Below are positions 62,740 through 64,000 of a stretch of 64,000 nt of DNA, piece after piece; the stretch's first letter is position 1, and every line of letters starts with the position of its first letter. Made by a program: the position numbers and the translations under genes. The notes below the pieces were generated by a model that saw nothing but the letters and a program-made list of their open reading frames with translations, was not told the origin of the DNA and ran no database searches. The stretch comes from an uncultured Gemmatimonadales bacterium (GTDB lineage: Bacteria > Gemmatimonadota > Gemmatimonadetes > Longimicrobiales > RSA9), in assembly GCA_963798085.1 (NCBI GenBank), contig CAWCRS010000003.1:32001-96000 (forward strand), read 5' to 3'.

Positions 62740-63132
62740 TCAGCGCTTTTTCGGAATCTCGCTCATCAGCGCCAGCATGTTCGCTTCCGGATCGCGGAAG
62801 AACGCCATCCACAGATCGCGATCACCCAGGTCTGCAATGAAATGCGGATCGCCCTCGAACTTCACGCCGCGACTCTGCAGTGTGGCGTGTGCGGCGCGAA
62901 TGTCGTTCACATCGTAGTACAGCACCAATGCCGGATGATCGAACGCCTCGCCTTCGGGCAGGCTCAGCATGAGCCGCACACCGCCGCAGTCGAAGAACGC
63001 CATCTTCGGCACCTGGAACAGGAAGCGCATGCCCAGCACATCGCGGTAGAACGCCAGGGCGCGGTCGACGTCGTGCACGTTCACCGCGATCTGCCCGATC
63101 TTCCCCAGCCCGAACCCATCCTGCTGCCCCAT
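62740..63132 (-). CDS. VOC/glyoxalase-family protein
   Basis: IGQIAVNVHDVDRALAFYRDVLG, FFRDPEAN; GGAGG RBS. Confidence 0.93.
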   Translation of the reverse strand: MGQQDGFGLGKIGQIAVNVHDVDRALAFYRDVLGMRFLFQVPKMAFFDCGGVRLMLSLPEGEAFDHPALVLYYDVNDIRAAHATLQSRGVKFEGDPHFIADLGDRDLWMAFFRDPEANMLALMSEIPKKR

Positions 63133-63187
63133 GTCATCCTCCCGTCGTGTTTCGCCGGTCCTGCCGGCGCGCCATGCGAGCCTTGAT

Positions 63188-63211
63188 TATTTAGCTCGTG
63201 CTAACTAAATA
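63188..63211. promoter_or_regulatory. Probable MarR operator between divergent genes
   Basis: AT-rich nested palindromes TATTTAG...CTAAATA and TTAGC-TCGT-GCTAA. Confidence 0.65.
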
Positions 63212-63218
63212 TCTGATC

Positions 63219-63656
63219 ATGAAACGGAACGCAAGAGTCTTCCGCGATGACACCGCCACACGGCTGCACAGCCTGGCCATCCACCTGCTGCGGCGGGTGC
63301 GGCGGACGGATGTCGAGATGGACCTGAGTCCGGCACGCAGTTCGGCGCTTTCGGTGCTGGTGTTCGGCGGGCCGCGCACACTGGGCGAATTGGCAGCGGC
63401 GGAGCAGGTGGCGCCGCCCACCATGACGCGACTGATCGCGGGGCTGGAGGCAGAGGGCTACATCGCACGCTCGGCGGACGCGCGTGATGCGCGGATCACA
63501 CGGGTGCGCGCGACGGCGAAAGGGCGGCGCGTGCTGGAGCAGGGGCGGCAGCGTCGCGTGGAGCAGGTGTCCACGCTGCTGGAGAAGCTGCCCGGCGAGG
63601 ATCTGGAGACGGTGCGGCGCGCGGTGGAACTGCTGGAAGCGCTGATCGCATCGTAG
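63219..63656 (+). CDS. MarR-family transcriptional regulator
   Basis: TLGELAAAEQVAPPTMTRLIAGLE..G..DARDAR..TAKG. Confidence 0.93.
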   Translation: MKRNARVFRDDTATRLHSLAIHLLRRVRRTDVEMDLSPARSSALSVLVFGGPRTLGELAAAEQVAPPTMTRLIAGLEAEGYIARSADARDARITRVRATAKGRRVLEQGRQRRVEQVSTLLEKLPGEDLETVRRAVELLEALIAS

Positions 63657-63833
63657 GCGACGACGCTTGTTGCGTTGCCGGCCCGGGCTCCGGCACACGG
63701 GTCCGGTCCGCCTGCACGGGTGCTGCAACGCGTGACGGTGCGGTGTGCGCGGAGATTTGCGCGTGCCGCGGGGCACGGGGTAGGTTGGCGGACCTCGTGC
63801 CCTGATCGTTCCCTGCATCCGTGAAGTTGTGCC

Positions 63834-64000
63834 ATGACCGCGATCGAGCTGTCCGCCCAGCTGGGCCTGTTCGCCGTTTGGCTGCTGACGTTCAACATCG
63901 TGCTCGGGCTGCTGCTGTCGGTGCACTACAATCCGCTGAAGCGCTGGCCGCACCGCCGCATCAACTACTTCACGTTTCACAACTGGACGGGTTACATCGC
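63834..64000 (+). CDS. Partial ferric reductase-like transmembrane protein
   Basis: MTAIELSAQLGLFAVWLLTFNIVLGLLLS...FHNWTGYI; His positioned as a heme ligand; open to window edge. Confidence 0.65.
   Translation, partial: MTAIELSAQLGLFAVWLLTFNIVLGLLLSVHYNPLKRWPHRRINYFTFHNWTGYI

Overview
High-GC bacterial chromosomal window. Gene content (PadR plus tandem ADOP permeases, tricorn/S9/M28 peptidases, DUF2911, DUF4097, TonB-FecR-ECF) points to a Gemmatimonadota-like organism; this is inference. About 48 coding regions are supportable. I recognised no rRNA, tRNA, CRISPR array or intact transposase. Highlights: (1) a secreted TPR-CHAT caspase-like protease convergent on an ECF sigma/anti-sigma operon; (2) a gltD-like gene separated from korA-korB by a ~2.6 kb block bounded by inverted copies of a GGACCGTCTTGGC repeat, carrying DUF2911 and PCYCGC genes and a 31-bp tandem array; (3) at least four families of intergenic REP-like repeats, including a 64-bp tandem array; (4) apparent pseudo-enzymes: a LigD phosphoesterase fused to a ligase domain lacking the catalytic Lys, and a histidine kinase with degenerate ATP-binding boxes; (5) Gly/Arg-rich (GGRGG) inserts in three exported proteins. 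Dense frameshifts at 18.9-22.3 kb and 50.9-52.5 kb look like sequencing indel errors. All family assignments come from motif recognition by eye, not database searches.
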